Positions 1 through 8,610 of a stretch of DNA of 12,420 bases are shown here, piece by piece (the first letter of the stretch is position 1; the number at the start of each line of letters is the position of its first letter). The notes beneath the pieces are model-generated. The model did not search any database. It had not been told where the DNA came from and worked only from the letters and a program-made list of their open reading frames with translations. The position numbers and the translations under genes are program-made. The DNA is from Nitrososphaerota archaeon. Its GTDB lineage: Archaea > Thermoproteota > Nitrososphaeria > Nitrososphaerales > UBA57. The DNA is taken from contig JACAFS010000030.1 in assembly GCA_013378385.1 (NCBI GenBank), positions 1 through 12,420 on the forward strand, given 5' to 3'.

Positions 1-1
1 A

Positions 2-274
2 AATTCTGGCCTTAGGGTTGATTTCGAAGATCGCGATCTTTCTGTAGGTAAAAAGGTCCGTGAAGCCGAAAAAGAATGGATTCCATTTATACTTGTAGTA
101 GGCAAAAATGAAGTTGAAAGTAAAAAATTTCAGGTTCGTGACAGATATTCTGGAGAAATGACTGTTATGTCATTATCTGAATTAACCGAGCATTGTAAAC
201 AATTACTTAACGACATGATAACTGAAGAACTTCCTCTCTCAAAATTCATCTCAGACCGACCTCAATTTAAGTAA
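2..274 (+). CDS. thrS: Threonyl-tRNA synthetase, C-terminal fragment (5' end lies outside the window)
   Basis: Frame 2 is open from the window edge to TAA at 272-274. My translation is NSGLRVDFEDRDLSVGKKVREAEKEWIPFILVVGKNEVESKKFQVRDRYSGEMTVMSLSELTEHCKQLLNDMITEELPLSKFISDRPQFK. The pattern RVD..DR..SVGKK[IV]REA..EWIP[FY].LVVG..E......V[RT].R matches the class IIa anticodon-binding domain as I remember it from ThrRS. It is absent from the ORF track because no start codon lies in the window. With only 90 aa, another class IIa synthetase cannot be fully excluded. Confidence 0.7.
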   Translation, partial: NSGLRVDFEDRDLSVGKKVREAEKEWIPFILVVGKNEVESKKFQVRDRYSGEMTVMSLSELTEHCKQLLNDMITEELPLSKFISDRPQFK

Positions 275-288
275 TCTAGTAGGAGATA

Positions 289-302
289 TTTTATTTTTGT
301 TT
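289..302 (+). terminator. Oligo-T tract in the convergent thrS/speB spacer
   Basis: TTTTATTTTTGTTT begins 15 nt after the thrS stop. Archaeal termination typically uses T-runs. The minus-sense sequence directly after the speB stop also begins TTTTCTC. Confidence 0.4.
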
Positions 303-315
303 ATGTATGAGAAAA

Positions 316-1182
316 TTATCTGTCTGCAATACAAATTAGTTCGGCTAGTAATCTTGCTGCTAATGCCGCTGTGGATCCATTATCGTACGCTGGTATTAAT
401 TCAACAATATCAAACCCTGTTAGATTGAAATTTTCTAAACAATAAATGAATTGAAGCATTTCTCTACTAGATAATCCATTTGCCTCTGGATTTCCTACAG
501 CTGGTGCAAATGCTGGATCAATTACATCTAAATCAATGCTAACATATACGTCATTTGAACTACTTAGCGTATCCTTGAATTGTTTTAATCCTGTATTTAG
601 GTCGTAGATTCTTTCCATATCGATTAATGTTATGTCATCTCTATCCACGAAATCCCATTCATCTTTTGTAGCTGCTCTTGAACCAATATGTATTAGGTTT
701 GACATACATCCATCTTCATATAATCTCCTGAGAAAAGTAGCATGACTTAGTTTCAATCCCTCGAATTCATTTCTAAAATCTAAATGAGCATCGAATACTA
801 CTACTGTACAATTATCAAAAGCTCTTACTGAACCGTTTGTTAATGAATGATCTCCACCTAAGATTGCAGGAATTTTCCCATTGGCAATAATCTCTCTTGT
901 AACTTCCTCAACCATTTTATTCATCTCATTGATTTCTCCTACTTTCGTTAAATTGCCCAAATCTCTAATATTTATCTCCTCCAAGTCTTTCCCTAATCTC
1001 TTTGAATAAATCTCAATGTTCTGGAAAGCTTCTCGAATTGCATTTGGAGCAAATCTTGAGCCAATTCTGTATGTAGAGGTTGCATCAAATGGAACTCCAA
1101 AAACATCTATTTTACTATCTCCAGCATTGTTTAGGTTTGTAATTAGTGGATCATTTGACATGTAGAAATCTGCTTTACTCAT
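316..1182 (-). CDS. speB: Agmatinase (ureohydrolase/arginase family)
   Basis: 288-aa ORF with an ATG start. It carries the ureohydrolase metal-binding motifs GGDHS, DAHLD and SIDLDVIDPAFAPAVGNPEANG. Its ATG overlaps the dhs stop codon (ATGA at 1179-1182). Confidence 0.85.
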   Translation of the reverse strand: MSKADFYMSNDPLITNLNNAGDSKIDVFGVPFDATSTYRIGSRFAPNAIREAFQNIEIYSKRLGKDLEEINIRDLGNLTKVGEINEMNKMVEEVTREIIANGKIPAILGGDHSLTNGSVRAFDNCTVVVFDAHLDFRNEFEGLKLSHATFLRRLYEDGCMSNLIHIGSRAATKDEWDFVDRDDITLIDMERIYDLNTGLKQFKDTLSSSNDVYVSIDLDVIDPAFAPAVGNPEANGLSSREMLQFIYCLENFNLTGFDIVELIPAYDNGSTAALAARLLAELICIADR

Positions 1183-2147
1183 TTTTCATCCAATCTCTCA
1201 ATTAACGCTGAAGCAATTAAAGGAAATGCTAATGTAACTTCTGATATTAGAGAAATTTTGTTTCCATCTGGTTTTATTTTCCCCCAAGACACTGCCTCTT
1301 CTGGCGGAGCTCCTGACAATCCTCCTGTTTCAGGTCTGTCTAATGTTATTTGTATTACATTATCTAACATTTTATTTGCAAAATAGAAAGACTGTAATAC
1401 AAAATTCTTAGGAACTCCTCCTCCTAATATTATTGCTCCTGTTTTCTCTTCTTTTACTCTTATATCCCAGATGTCTTGCAAATCTTTGAATACATCTACA
1501 TTTAGTTTTCCTGGATTCTTTCTATTGTAAATTGCCGCCTGTAATCCGAATACTGAATCGTGTATAGTTGGAACAAATAATTTGATGTTATTTTTATGAC
1601 ATGCTTTTAATATTGATTCAGGTTCTTCTGGAATTCTTTGCGCAATCTCATTAATCAACTCTGAGATTGATAATATTTTCCCCTCATTATTTTTTGCAAT
1701 ATCGTCATATAATTCTAATAGAGGTTCATCAAATTTAGATTGAAACTCATCTTCAGAGACTAATACATCATAAATTCTATCTATCTTCTTTTCAAGTAAT
1801 AAGTCATCTTTCATGTTTGCATCTCCTTTGTAAAAATTACCTCCATAGGCCAACATCATATCATGAACTAGATTTGCTCCTGTTGTTACAATCGAATCTA
1901 CTAATCCTCTTTCAATTAATTCTATTATTACTTTGTTCATCCCTGCTGGGACTAGTGCACCCGAAAGTGTTAGGAATATGTATGAATTAGTTTTTACCAT
2001 TTCTTCATATGCGTCTACTGCTTTTGAAAGCGTACCTGCCATAAATGATCCTGATTTGCCCATTTCTTTAACTAACTCATTAGTTGTCATACCTGGCCAG
2101 ATCTTCATTGGCTTAACTCTTACTTTATGGAAAGTATGTTTCTCCAT
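1179..2147 (-). CDS. dhs: Deoxyhypusine synthase
   Basis: The ORF contains TGANLVHD, ILGGGVPKNF and GGLSGAPPEEAVSWGK, the last being the conserved SWGK lysine region of deoxyhypusine synthases. The ORF-track start at 2156 is actually TTG (plus strand caa at 2154-2156). The first ATG is at 2147 (MEKHTF...), and I prefer it because of the TATA geometry. The 3' end is secure. Confidence 0.88.
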   Translation of the reverse strand: MEKHTFHKVRVKPMKIWPGMTTNELVKEMGKSGSFMAGTLSKAVDAYEEMVKTNSYIFLTLSGALVPAGMNKVIIELIERGLVDSIVTTGANLVHDMMLAYGGNFYKGDANMKDDLLLEKKIDRIYDVLVSEDEFQSKFDEPLLELYDDIAKNNEGKILSISELINEIAQRIPEEPESILKACHKNNIKLFVPTIHDSVFGLQAAIYNRKNPGKLNVDVFKDLQDIWDIRVKEEKTGAIILGGGVPKNFVLQSFYFANKMLDNVIQITLDRPETGGLSGAPPEEAVSWGKIKPDGNKISLISEVTLAFPLIASALIERLDEK

Positions 2148-2170
2148 ATCTAGCAATTTAATTTCTTGAA

Positions 2171-2178
2171 TATATATT
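2171..2178 (-). promoter_or_regulatory. TATA-box-like element for dhs-speB
   Basis: The minus-sense sequence is AATATATA, starting at 2178. That is 31 nt upstream of the first ATG of dhs (2147). It sits in the 28-nt polB-dhs spacer. Confidence 0.4.
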
Positions 2179-2184
2179 ATCCGC

Positions 2185-4731
2185 CTATTTTTTACTATCT
2201 GTATTCCAAAACAAATCTTCTAATTTTGTCACTCCTAATACGTCATCAAATGAATATCCTAATGGCCCTAATAACTGGTCAAATGTACTTCTCATAATTT
2301 CTTCATATTTTTTCTTGTCTATGTCTCTAATCTTCGCTAGTTTTAATGGTTTAACTCCTTCGTTTCCTATTGTTTTTACGAATGAAATAATATCTCCTGC
2401 TTTCATGCCTTCTGTATCACCATTTTTTCTATTGTATTCTTCTAATAATTTTGCTGCACGTACATGTTGTGGTATGGTTGTCTTGTACATCTTTGTAGAT
2501 TTACTCATCATCATTTTAAAGGCTAATTTCTCAATTGGTACTTTGTCTTCCTTTAGTCTATTATTGCTTTCTTTTGCAATATTTCTGATTTCTGTTTTAA
2601 CACTTTCAAAATCTTTTTCTGTTTTTGCTTCTCCTAATCTATCTATTGCCTCATAAAATGCTTCTCTTACGAATAATGGAATATGACTCTTCTTTCCAGT
2701 TAATCCCTTGATTATTACTTGACCATTATTTTTTACTACAATATAGTTTTTCTTTCTTTCTGAAAATACTGCATATCTGTATTTATCTTCTAATTCTAAA
2801 TCTACTCCTTGATTTTCATGGGACCATTTAATTAAACCATCAATTTCATTCTGATCTATCGATTTGATAAATAGTGAATCAGTATCTCCGTATAGTACAT
2901 CTATGTTGCTTTCTTTTGCCGCTGCAACTGTTTCAGTAATTATATTTCTTCCAATTGCAGCTGTTGAATCCGCAACAGGTAGGAAAAATAATGGAAATAT
3001 TGGTGCTCCTAATACTCCATAACTCGCATTTAATATTACTTTTAACGCTTGAGAAACAACTGAATATAGATTTCTTTCATCAGACGATAATCCTGACATT
3101 TTTGGCAATGGCTTGTAATAATTTACTCGTATGTCTCTTAAAGATCCTACCAACAATGATATTATTCCTCTTCTCGTATTACATACCCAGTGTTTACTAC
3201 CTTTGATCAAATTTGATTGATGTTCTTTATGTTTACATCTGACAGTTTCGTATGATAGATTATTCACTTTGATTATACTTGGATATAGACTTGCAAAGTC
3301 AAGTGCAGAAACTCCGAAATAAACACCTATTTTTGGTTCCAGAACCATTCCTCCTTGATATTGTTTCCCCTCAATCATTGCTGACGAAGACATTTTCTTT
3401 AATTCGTCTTCTTGAATTGCTAGTTCATCTTTTCTGGGGATTAATGCATTGATTTTTCTATGTTCAAAATATACCATGCTTCTAATCCAATTTGAAACTC
3501 CAATCCTGGATAAATCATCTATTGGCATCTTTGTTATTCTTGAAATTACTAATAATAACTTCATTAGTAGATCTCCATCAAAACTTGTTAATTCTAATGT
3601 TATTGCTGCATCATTGTGATTGTATTTTGCAAGATGGTAATATGTCTGCTCTCCAATTTCTCCTTCATACTCAATCTTAGTTTTCCCAATTATTGCAGAA
3701 CTTACCGCATTCAAACTATGTTCTGAGTATTTATTTCCAAATGCATAGATCTGTATTGATCTGTTTAGAAATGTTCTATATAAATCTAAATGTATTCCTT
3801 GTTTTAAATTTGCATTAACTCTTGCTAATCGAATAGGTATGCTGTCTCTTTTCATTCCTGATTTTATCGCTCTGTTATAGATATATTTTAAATCAAAATC
3901 GTCTCCATTGTATGTAATAATACATGGATATCTCTCAATAACTCTGAATACACTTTCGATTAGTGATTTCTCATCATCTACAAAAATAACTTCTATGTTT
4001 TTCTCTAATTCATTAATTCCAGTCTCTACTCCTTCTCTTCGCAGAATGCATACTTGATTGAACCCATCACTAGCTGCAAATCCTACTGATATAATCGGAT
4101 ATCTTGCTTCACCTGCATCTGGGAATCTATCTGCTTTGTCAGAATGCACTTCAATATCTAAAGCTACCCTCTTTATCTCTGGCAGTGGTTGACTAAGAAG
4201 TTCTGCCCATTCGTTAATCTTATTCTTCATATCAACGTCTGCATTTTCTATTCCTTTTTGTAACATTTCGTTAGTTTCTTTTGGTATTGAGAATTTATCT
4301 GGAATTATTTTATTATCCTTAATTTTATAATATATTCCTGGAATGAGCGATTTATCGTACATGTATGTTTCATAATATGGTATATCTGCCTCCCAAGCCA
4401 CCACTCTATCTCTTATACTTCTCCCTGGTAATCCACCTATTACTAATGGATTATCTGCAATAATCTTGAGCATTTTCTCTTCTTTATCATTTAATAAGTC
4501 AATTTTTGTCGTTTCTTCTACATTTATTCTATCTTCATTTTTAAATTTATCCAGTAAATCTTGATCAGTATCTTTTTTAACTAAACAATATGGCTTGTGT
4601 CCTGAGTTGTCATACCATAACTTTATTGAATCTGTTTTTTCATCGTAAAATTTCAGACATGCCTTTTTTTGTGTGCCATCGTAAGAAGCTGATAATAGAA
4701 CCATGCTATCCTTCTCGATTTGTTCAGTCAT
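2185..4731 (-). CDS. polB: Family B DNA polymerase
   Basis: 848 aa with a full motif set. Exonuclease motifs are Exo I ALDIEV, Exo II YNGDDFDLKY and Exo III YNHNDAAITLEL. Polymerase motifs are Pol A DFASLYPSII, Pol B KVILNASYGVLG and Pol C LYGDTDS. There is no intein-sized insertion. Met10 (MVLLSASYDG, ATG at 4704) aligns with the MILDVDY-type N-terminus of Pyrococcus PolB as I remember it, so the start could be 4704 rather than 4731. Confidence 0.95.
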   Translation of the reverse strand: MTEQIEKDSMVLLSASYDGTQKKACLKFYDEKTDSIKLWYDNSGHKPYCLVKKDTDQDLLDKFKNEDRINVEETTKIDLLNDKEEKMLKIIADNPLVIGGLPGRSIRDRVVAWEADIPYYETYMYDKSLIPGIYYKIKDNKIIPDKFSIPKETNEMLQKGIENADVDMKNKINEWAELLSQPLPEIKRVALDIEVHSDKADRFPDAGEARYPIISVGFAASDGFNQVCILRREGVETGINELEKNIEVIFVDDEKSLIESVFRVIERYPCIITYNGDDFDLKYIYNRAIKSGMKRDSIPIRLARVNANLKQGIHLDLYRTFLNRSIQIYAFGNKYSEHSLNAVSSAIIGKTKIEYEGEIGEQTYYHLAKYNHNDAAITLELTSFDGDLLMKLLLVISRITKMPIDDLSRIGVSNWIRSMVYFEHRKINALIPRKDELAIQEDELKKMSSSAMIEGKQYQGGMVLEPKIGVYFGVSALDFASLYPSIIKVNNLSYETVRCKHKEHQSNLIKGSKHWVCNTRRGIISLLVGSLRDIRVNYYKPLPKMSGLSSDERNLYSVVSQALKVILNASYGVLGAPIFPLFFLPVADSTAAIGRNIITETVAAAKESNIDVLYGDTDSLFIKSIDQNEIDGLIKWSHENQGVDLELEDKYRYAVFSERKKNYIVVKNNGQVIIKGLTGKKSHIPLFVREAFYEAIDRLGEAKTEKDFESVKTEIRNIAKESNNRLKEDKVPIEKLAFKMMMSKSTKMYKTTIPQHVRAAKLLEEYNRKNGDTEGMKAGDIISFVKTIGNEGVKPLKLAKIRDIDKKKYEEIMRSTFDQLLGPLGYSFDDVLGVTKLEDLFWNTDSKK

Positions 4732-4737
4732 CTGTAC

Positions 4738-4747
4738 TTTTATATAT
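4738..4747. promoter_or_regulatory. Near-palindromic TATA-like element in the divergent polB / membrane-protein spacer
   Basis: TTTTATATAT sits in the 51-nt divergent intergenic region. It is well placed for the plus-strand ORF, whose ATG at 4783 is about 36-45 nt downstream. It is too close to polB ATG 4731. A weaker minus-sense TTTTATGT starting at 4763 lies 32 nt upstream of that ATG. Confidence 0.35.
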
Positions 4748-4782
4748 CAAAGCAGACATAAAACAATATCAGTAATTAATGG

Positions 4783-5154
4783 ATGTCTATTGTAATGAAC
4801 AAATCTATCACCGTTTTATTTGCGATAATTGGTATTTACTGGATAGTTTCTAGTTTAACTCAGCAAGGTTCTCCGTTATTATTTATTCCAGGAATTTTTT
4901 CATTGATTGTTGCATGTTCTCAACTTCCAATTACTTCTACGAAAATAAATCAATATGCAAAAAAACTATTTCTTCCTGTATTGTTATATAATTTGGTCTT
5001 AACTTCTTATCAAGTATATTCCTCTTCTATTGCTCTATTAAGTAGACTTATTGGTATTGAACTTGGCATATTCATCTTAAATCTGATATTTACTTTATCT
5101 CTAATCTATATCCTTTTACAAACACTTCGTCGTGAACATTTGGATATCTCTTAA
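4783..5154 (+). CDS. Hypothetical small integral membrane protein (about 4 predicted TM helices)
   Basis: 123-aa ORF with an ATG start. It has four hydrophobic stretches (ITVLFAIIGIYWIVSSL, LLFIPGIFSLIVACSQL, LFLPVLLYNLVLTSYQVY, IELGIFILNLIFTLSLIYILLQTL) and a basic C-terminal tail. I recognise no family. It fills the gap between polB and tyrS with no competing ORF. Confidence 0.55.
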   Translation: MSIVMNKSITVLFAIIGIYWIVSSLTQQGSPLLFIPGIFSLIVACSQLPITSTKINQYAKKLFLPVLLYNLVLTSYQVYSSSIALLSRLIGIELGIFILNLIFTLSLIYILLQTLRREHLDIS

Positions 5155-5158
5155 ATAT
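5151..5158 (+). promoter_or_regulatory. TATA-box-like element for tyrS
   Basis: TTAAATAT. Its first base is 31 nt upstream of the tyrS ATG (5182), consistent with a leaderless or near-leaderless archaeal mRNA. It overlaps the stop codon (5152-5154) of the upstream membrane-protein ORF. Confidence 0.5.
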
Positions 5159-5181
5159 TCTTTTCACCGTGAAACTATCAT

Positions 5182-6210
5182 ATGGATATAGAGAATAAGA
5201 TTGCTTTAGTCAAAAAACCTCCTACTGAAGAATTAATTCAAGAAGACGAACTTAAAACCCTTTTCGAAACTAATAATTCTCCTACACACTATATTGGAAT
5301 TGAACTCTCTGGAAAATTACATTTAGGTACCCTCCTAATCTCGGGTTTTAAAATTAATGATTTCATTAATGCTGGTATTCAATCATCGGTTTATCTCGCA
5401 GATTGGCATAGTTTCATTAATGATAAATTTGAAGGTAATTGGGATAAAATTAAACAAGTTACAAATTACTATGAAGAAGCTTTCAAATTCTTCTGCCCTG
5501 GTGTTAATATAGTAAAAAGTAATTCTCTGTACCATAATAATGACGAATATTGGATGAATTTTATCAAATTCTCAAAACACATGACTTTATCTCGCGCTGT
5601 TAGGTGTTTGACCATTATGGGAAGAACTGAAAAAGATCAGTTAAGTTTATCACAATATCTTTATCCTTCAATGCAGGCAGTTGACATTAAAGAACTCGAT
5701 CTCGATATTGTACATGCTGGAACTGATCAACGTAAAATCCATATGCTTGTTCGTGAGGTATTTCCTAAAATGAAATGGAAAGTTCCTGTTGCAGTACATC
5801 AGCATCTTATCCCTGGTCTGGCAAATACAGGAGGCGCTACTGATACAACCTTTACGAAAATGAGTAAATCCAATCCAAAAAATTCAATATTCATTCATGA
5901 TTCTGAAGAAGAGATTACATCTAAAATAAAAATTGCTTGGTGCCCTGAAGGAATTTCTGATAATAATCCAATTTTGGAATACTGTAAATATCTAATATTT
6001 CATGATTCTGATTCTTTTACAATTGAACGACCTAGTAAATTTGGCGGTGATATGTTGTTCTCTACTTATGAAGAATTAGAATCTGAATACAAAAATGGAA
6101 AAATCCATCCACTTGATCTAAAATTATCTGTCGGACGAGAACTTAACGATATTATCTCTCCAATTCGTGCATATTTCTCAAATAAATCCGAATTATTTTC
6201 ATCTATTTGA
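5182..6210 (+). CDS. tyrS: Tyrosyl-tRNA synthetase (archaeal type)
   Basis: It has the class I signatures GKLHLG (HIGH-like) and KMSKS. The segment DQRKIHMLVRE and the C-terminal ERPSKFGGDMLFSTYEELESEYKNGKIHPLDLKLSV closely parallel my memory of M. jannaschii TyrRS (KRPEKFGGDL..SYEELESLFKNKELHPMDLKNAV). Confidence 0.9.
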   Translation: MDIENKIALVKKPPTEELIQEDELKTLFETNNSPTHYIGIELSGKLHLGTLLISGFKINDFINAGIQSSVYLADWHSFINDKFEGNWDKIKQVTNYYEEAFKFFCPGVNIVKSNSLYHNNDEYWMNFIKFSKHMTLSRAVRCLTIMGRTEKDQLSLSQYLYPSMQAVDIKELDLDIVHAGTDQRKIHMLVREVFPKMKWKVPVAVHQHLIPGLANTGGATDTTFTKMSKSNPKNSIFIHDSEEEITSKIKIAWCPEGISDNNPILEYCKYLIFHDSDSFTIERPSKFGGDMLFSTYEELESEYKNGKIHPLDLKLSVGRELNDIISPIRAYFSNKSELFSSI

Positions 6211-6282
6211 AGAATTCTATAATAGCAAGTTGTTACATCTAATATTAGGGATTGTTCATTGATTGCGTTAATAAATTCTATA

Positions 6283-7482
6283 ATGCTCGATTATCCAATA
6301 TTATCTAGTATTCTTCCATTATTATCACTGGCCATTACCTCGTATTTATCATTCAAAATAGCTCGTAAACTTCTTATTCGTATAATTGTACCTCAAATTA
6401 AGAAATCAAAAACTAAACTGGACGACATATTAATTAAAAATCATCTATTTTTGAGAATTTCTTATTTAGTTCCACTTCTTGTAGTTGATAATTTTTCTTA
6501 TATAATTACTTCCAATTTACCTGTTGCAATTTCAACCATTGACATTGTTGTTAGTATCTTAACCATTTTGATATTCAATTGGATAATTGATTCAATATTA
6601 TCTTCCTTTACTGATGCTTATTCTAAGCGATATAAACAAATACCTTTGAAAAGTTATGTACAGATATTTAAAATTCTTATTATAATATTCTCTGGTTTAA
6701 TAATCTTATCAATATTATCTGGTATATCTCCTTGGGGACTAATTGGCAGTATCGGTGCAATAAGTGCTGTATTATTGCTAATTTTCCGTGATACAATACT
6801 ATCTTTAATTGCAAACCTACAAATATCATCTAATAAACTTGTTCAACTTCATGATTGGATTGAAGCGCCTGCTTTTGGAGCAGACGGCGATGTTATAGAA
6901 ATCGCTTTACACACAATTAAAGTTCAAAATTGGGATAAAACAATCACTGTCATCCCAACTCATAAGCTCATTGACTCTTCTTTTAAGAATTGGCGTGGAA
7001 TGGAACAAAGTGGTGGACGTCGAATAAAAAGATCCATCAACATAGATCTTACATCTATAAAATTCTGTGATGACAAAATGCTCTCTAATCTCAATAAAAT
7101 TGATTTATTATCCACATATCTTAAAGATAAAAACACGTTGCTATCTAAATCTAACAAGAATATTCAGAAAGATAATGATTTTCATTACTTGAATTCAAGA
7201 AACCTAACAAATATTGGTACTTTTCGCGCATATTTGATTGAATATCTTCGAAATCATGAAAATATAAGTGAAAATATGACATTCTTGGTTAGACAATTGC
7301 CTCCTTCTGAAAATGGTCTTCCAATTGAAATTTATGTCTTTAGTAATGACAATGAATGGATTAATTACGAAAATATTCAGTCTGACATATTCGATCATCT
7401 TATTGCGGCTACAAATTATTTTGATTTACGAATCTTCCAAAATCCATCTGGTCATGATTTTCATTCAATAGTAAAAGGCTAA
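6283..7482 (+). CDS. Mechanosensitive ion channel, MscS family (YbdG/MscM-like)
   Basis: The N-terminus holds several TM helices. It is followed by the MscS pore and beta-domain region (IFRDTILSLIANLQISSN...GADGDVIEIALHTIKVQNWDKTITVIPTHKLI). The C-terminal region (FLVRQLPPSENGLPIEIYVF...YENIQSDIFDHLIAA...LRIFQNPSG) is like YbdG-type members. The ORF-track start at 6259 is TTG, and the first in-frame ATG is at 6283. Either is possible. Confidence 0.8.
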   Translation: MLDYPILSSILPLLSLAITSYLSFKIARKLLIRIIVPQIKKSKTKLDDILIKNHLFLRISYLVPLLVVDNFSYIITSNLPVAISTIDIVVSILTILIFNWIIDSILSSFTDAYSKRYKQIPLKSYVQIFKILIIIFSGLIILSILSGISPWGLIGSIGAISAVLLLIFRDTILSLIANLQISSNKLVQLHDWIEAPAFGADGDVIEIALHTIKVQNWDKTITVIPTHKLIDSSFKNWRGMEQSGGRRIKRSINIDLTSIKFCDDKMLSNLNKIDLLSTYLKDKNTLLSKSNKNIQKDNDFHYLNSRNLTNIGTFRAYLIEYLRNHENISENMTFLVRQLPPSENGLPIEIYVFSNDNEWINYENIQSDIFDHLIAATNYFDLRIFQNPSGHDFHSIVKG

Positions 7483-7492
7483 GAGATTATTC

Positions 7493-8605
7493 ATGTCAAA
7501 AAAAATTTATGTTAACGAACATATACTTGACTATAGTGAAATAAAAGCTGCTCAAACTATTCTTGACAGTGGTTTACTTAGTAGTTCAAATATTAACGGC
7601 GGTAAATACGTAAAAGATTTCGAGAAGAATATTGCTCAATTTCTTGATGTTAAATATGCTGTTGCAATTAATTCTGGAACTTCAGCATTATATGCTTCTC
7701 TTCTATCATTGAATATAAAATCTGGAGATGAAGTTATTGTTCCATCGTTTAGTTTTACTGCTACTGCTAGTGCTGTTGTAGCTACAGGTGCAACACCTGT
7801 ATTTGTTGATATTTCATCATCGAATTATAATATTGACATATCACTGATTAAATCAAATATAACTAAAAAAACTAAGGCAATAATTCCCGTTCATCTGTAC
7901 GGCCATCCTGTTGATGTAGATCTTATCGCTGAAATCACTTCTCCTGATCACATTGCAATAATTGAGGACGGTGCACAATCTCTTGGCTCATCTATTAACG
8001 GAAAGAAATGTGGAACTTTGGGAAACTTAGGTTGCACTAGTCTATACCCTACTAAAGTTATTACTTCTGGAGAAGGAGGTGTGATTACTACTAACGATGA
8101 AACGTTATACGAAGAATTACTTCGAATTAGAAATCATGGCCTTGACGAATCTGGCCAAACTACTAGATTTGGACTAAATCTAAGAATGCCTGAGATTGAA
8201 TCTGCTATTGCATCTATTCAATTGAGTAAACTTGATGATTTCATTCGAATTAGACGAAGAAATTCTGATATCCTTTCCGATATTATTGGTAATTTTAATC
8301 TTAATCTTCCAGTAGAACTTGAGAATACTTTTCTTAATCGTTATTTATACACCATTTCTCTTGATAAATCTCGTTCTGAAGTTATGAACTATATGGAAAA
8401 ACAGGGTATCAATACTGCAGTTTACTATCGTACGCCTATTCATAAAATGCCTTATTATCATAGTATGAATGATGGTTATGATTTACCCAACACAGATCTG
8501 GCTTCTTCTAAAGTTCTTTCTATCCCTATTCATTCTGGATTATCTGAAGATGATGTCCAAAATATAGGAAACAAACTTAACGATGTTCTAAAAACTATAT
8601 ATTGA
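7493..8605 (+). CDS. DegT/DnrJ/EryC1/StrS-family PLP-dependent sugar aminotransferase
   Basis: 370 aa with the family layout: NSGTSALYASL, VIVPSFSFTATASAV, IPVHLYGHP, IIEDGAQSLGS, and the Schiff-base lysine context SLYPTKVITSGEGG. The start lies 10 nt after the MscS stop. Confidence 0.85.
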   Translation: MSKKIYVNEHILDYSEIKAAQTILDSGLLSSSNINGGKYVKDFEKNIAQFLDVKYAVAINSGTSALYASLLSLNIKSGDEVIVPSFSFTATASAVVATGATPVFVDISSSNYNIDISLIKSNITKKTKAIIPVHLYGHPVDVDLIAEITSPDHIAIIEDGAQSLGSSINGKKCGTLGNLGCTSLYPTKVITSGEGGVITTNDETLYEELLRIRNHGLDESGQTTRFGLNLRMPEIESAIASIQLSKLDDFIRIRRRNSDILSDIIGNFNLNLPVELENTFLNRYLYTISLDKSRSEVMNYMEKQGINTAVYYRTPIHKMPYYHSMNDGYDLPNTDLASSKVLSIPIHSGLSEDDVQNIGNKLNDVLKTIY

Positions 8606-8610
8606 TTCTT

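Noticed and set aside
1933-2169. 78-aa plus-strand ORF overlapping dhs
   Set aside because: It is an antisense shadow of the well-supported deoxyhypusine synthase gene, with no motif and no promoter context.
2185-4731. Possible intein or split in polB
   Set aside because: The motifs Exo I-III and Pol A-C occur in the normal order and spacing in one uninterrupted 848-aa frame, with no extra domain-sized insertion.
2315-4775. Plus-strand ORFs of 61-113 aa (2315-2656, 2955-3206, 3492-3680, 4590-4775) inside the polB locus
   Set aside because: All lie antisense within the 848-aa polB ORF, which has a complete motif set. Their translations are low-complexity and rich in Leu/Ile/Phe/Ser, as expected from reading AT-rich coding DNA backwards. 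They have no recognisable motifs.
6960-7398. Minus-strand ORFs 6960-7157 and 7204-7398 inside the MscS gene
   Set aside because: They are antisense shadow ORFs within a gene that has clear family motifs, and nothing independent supports them.
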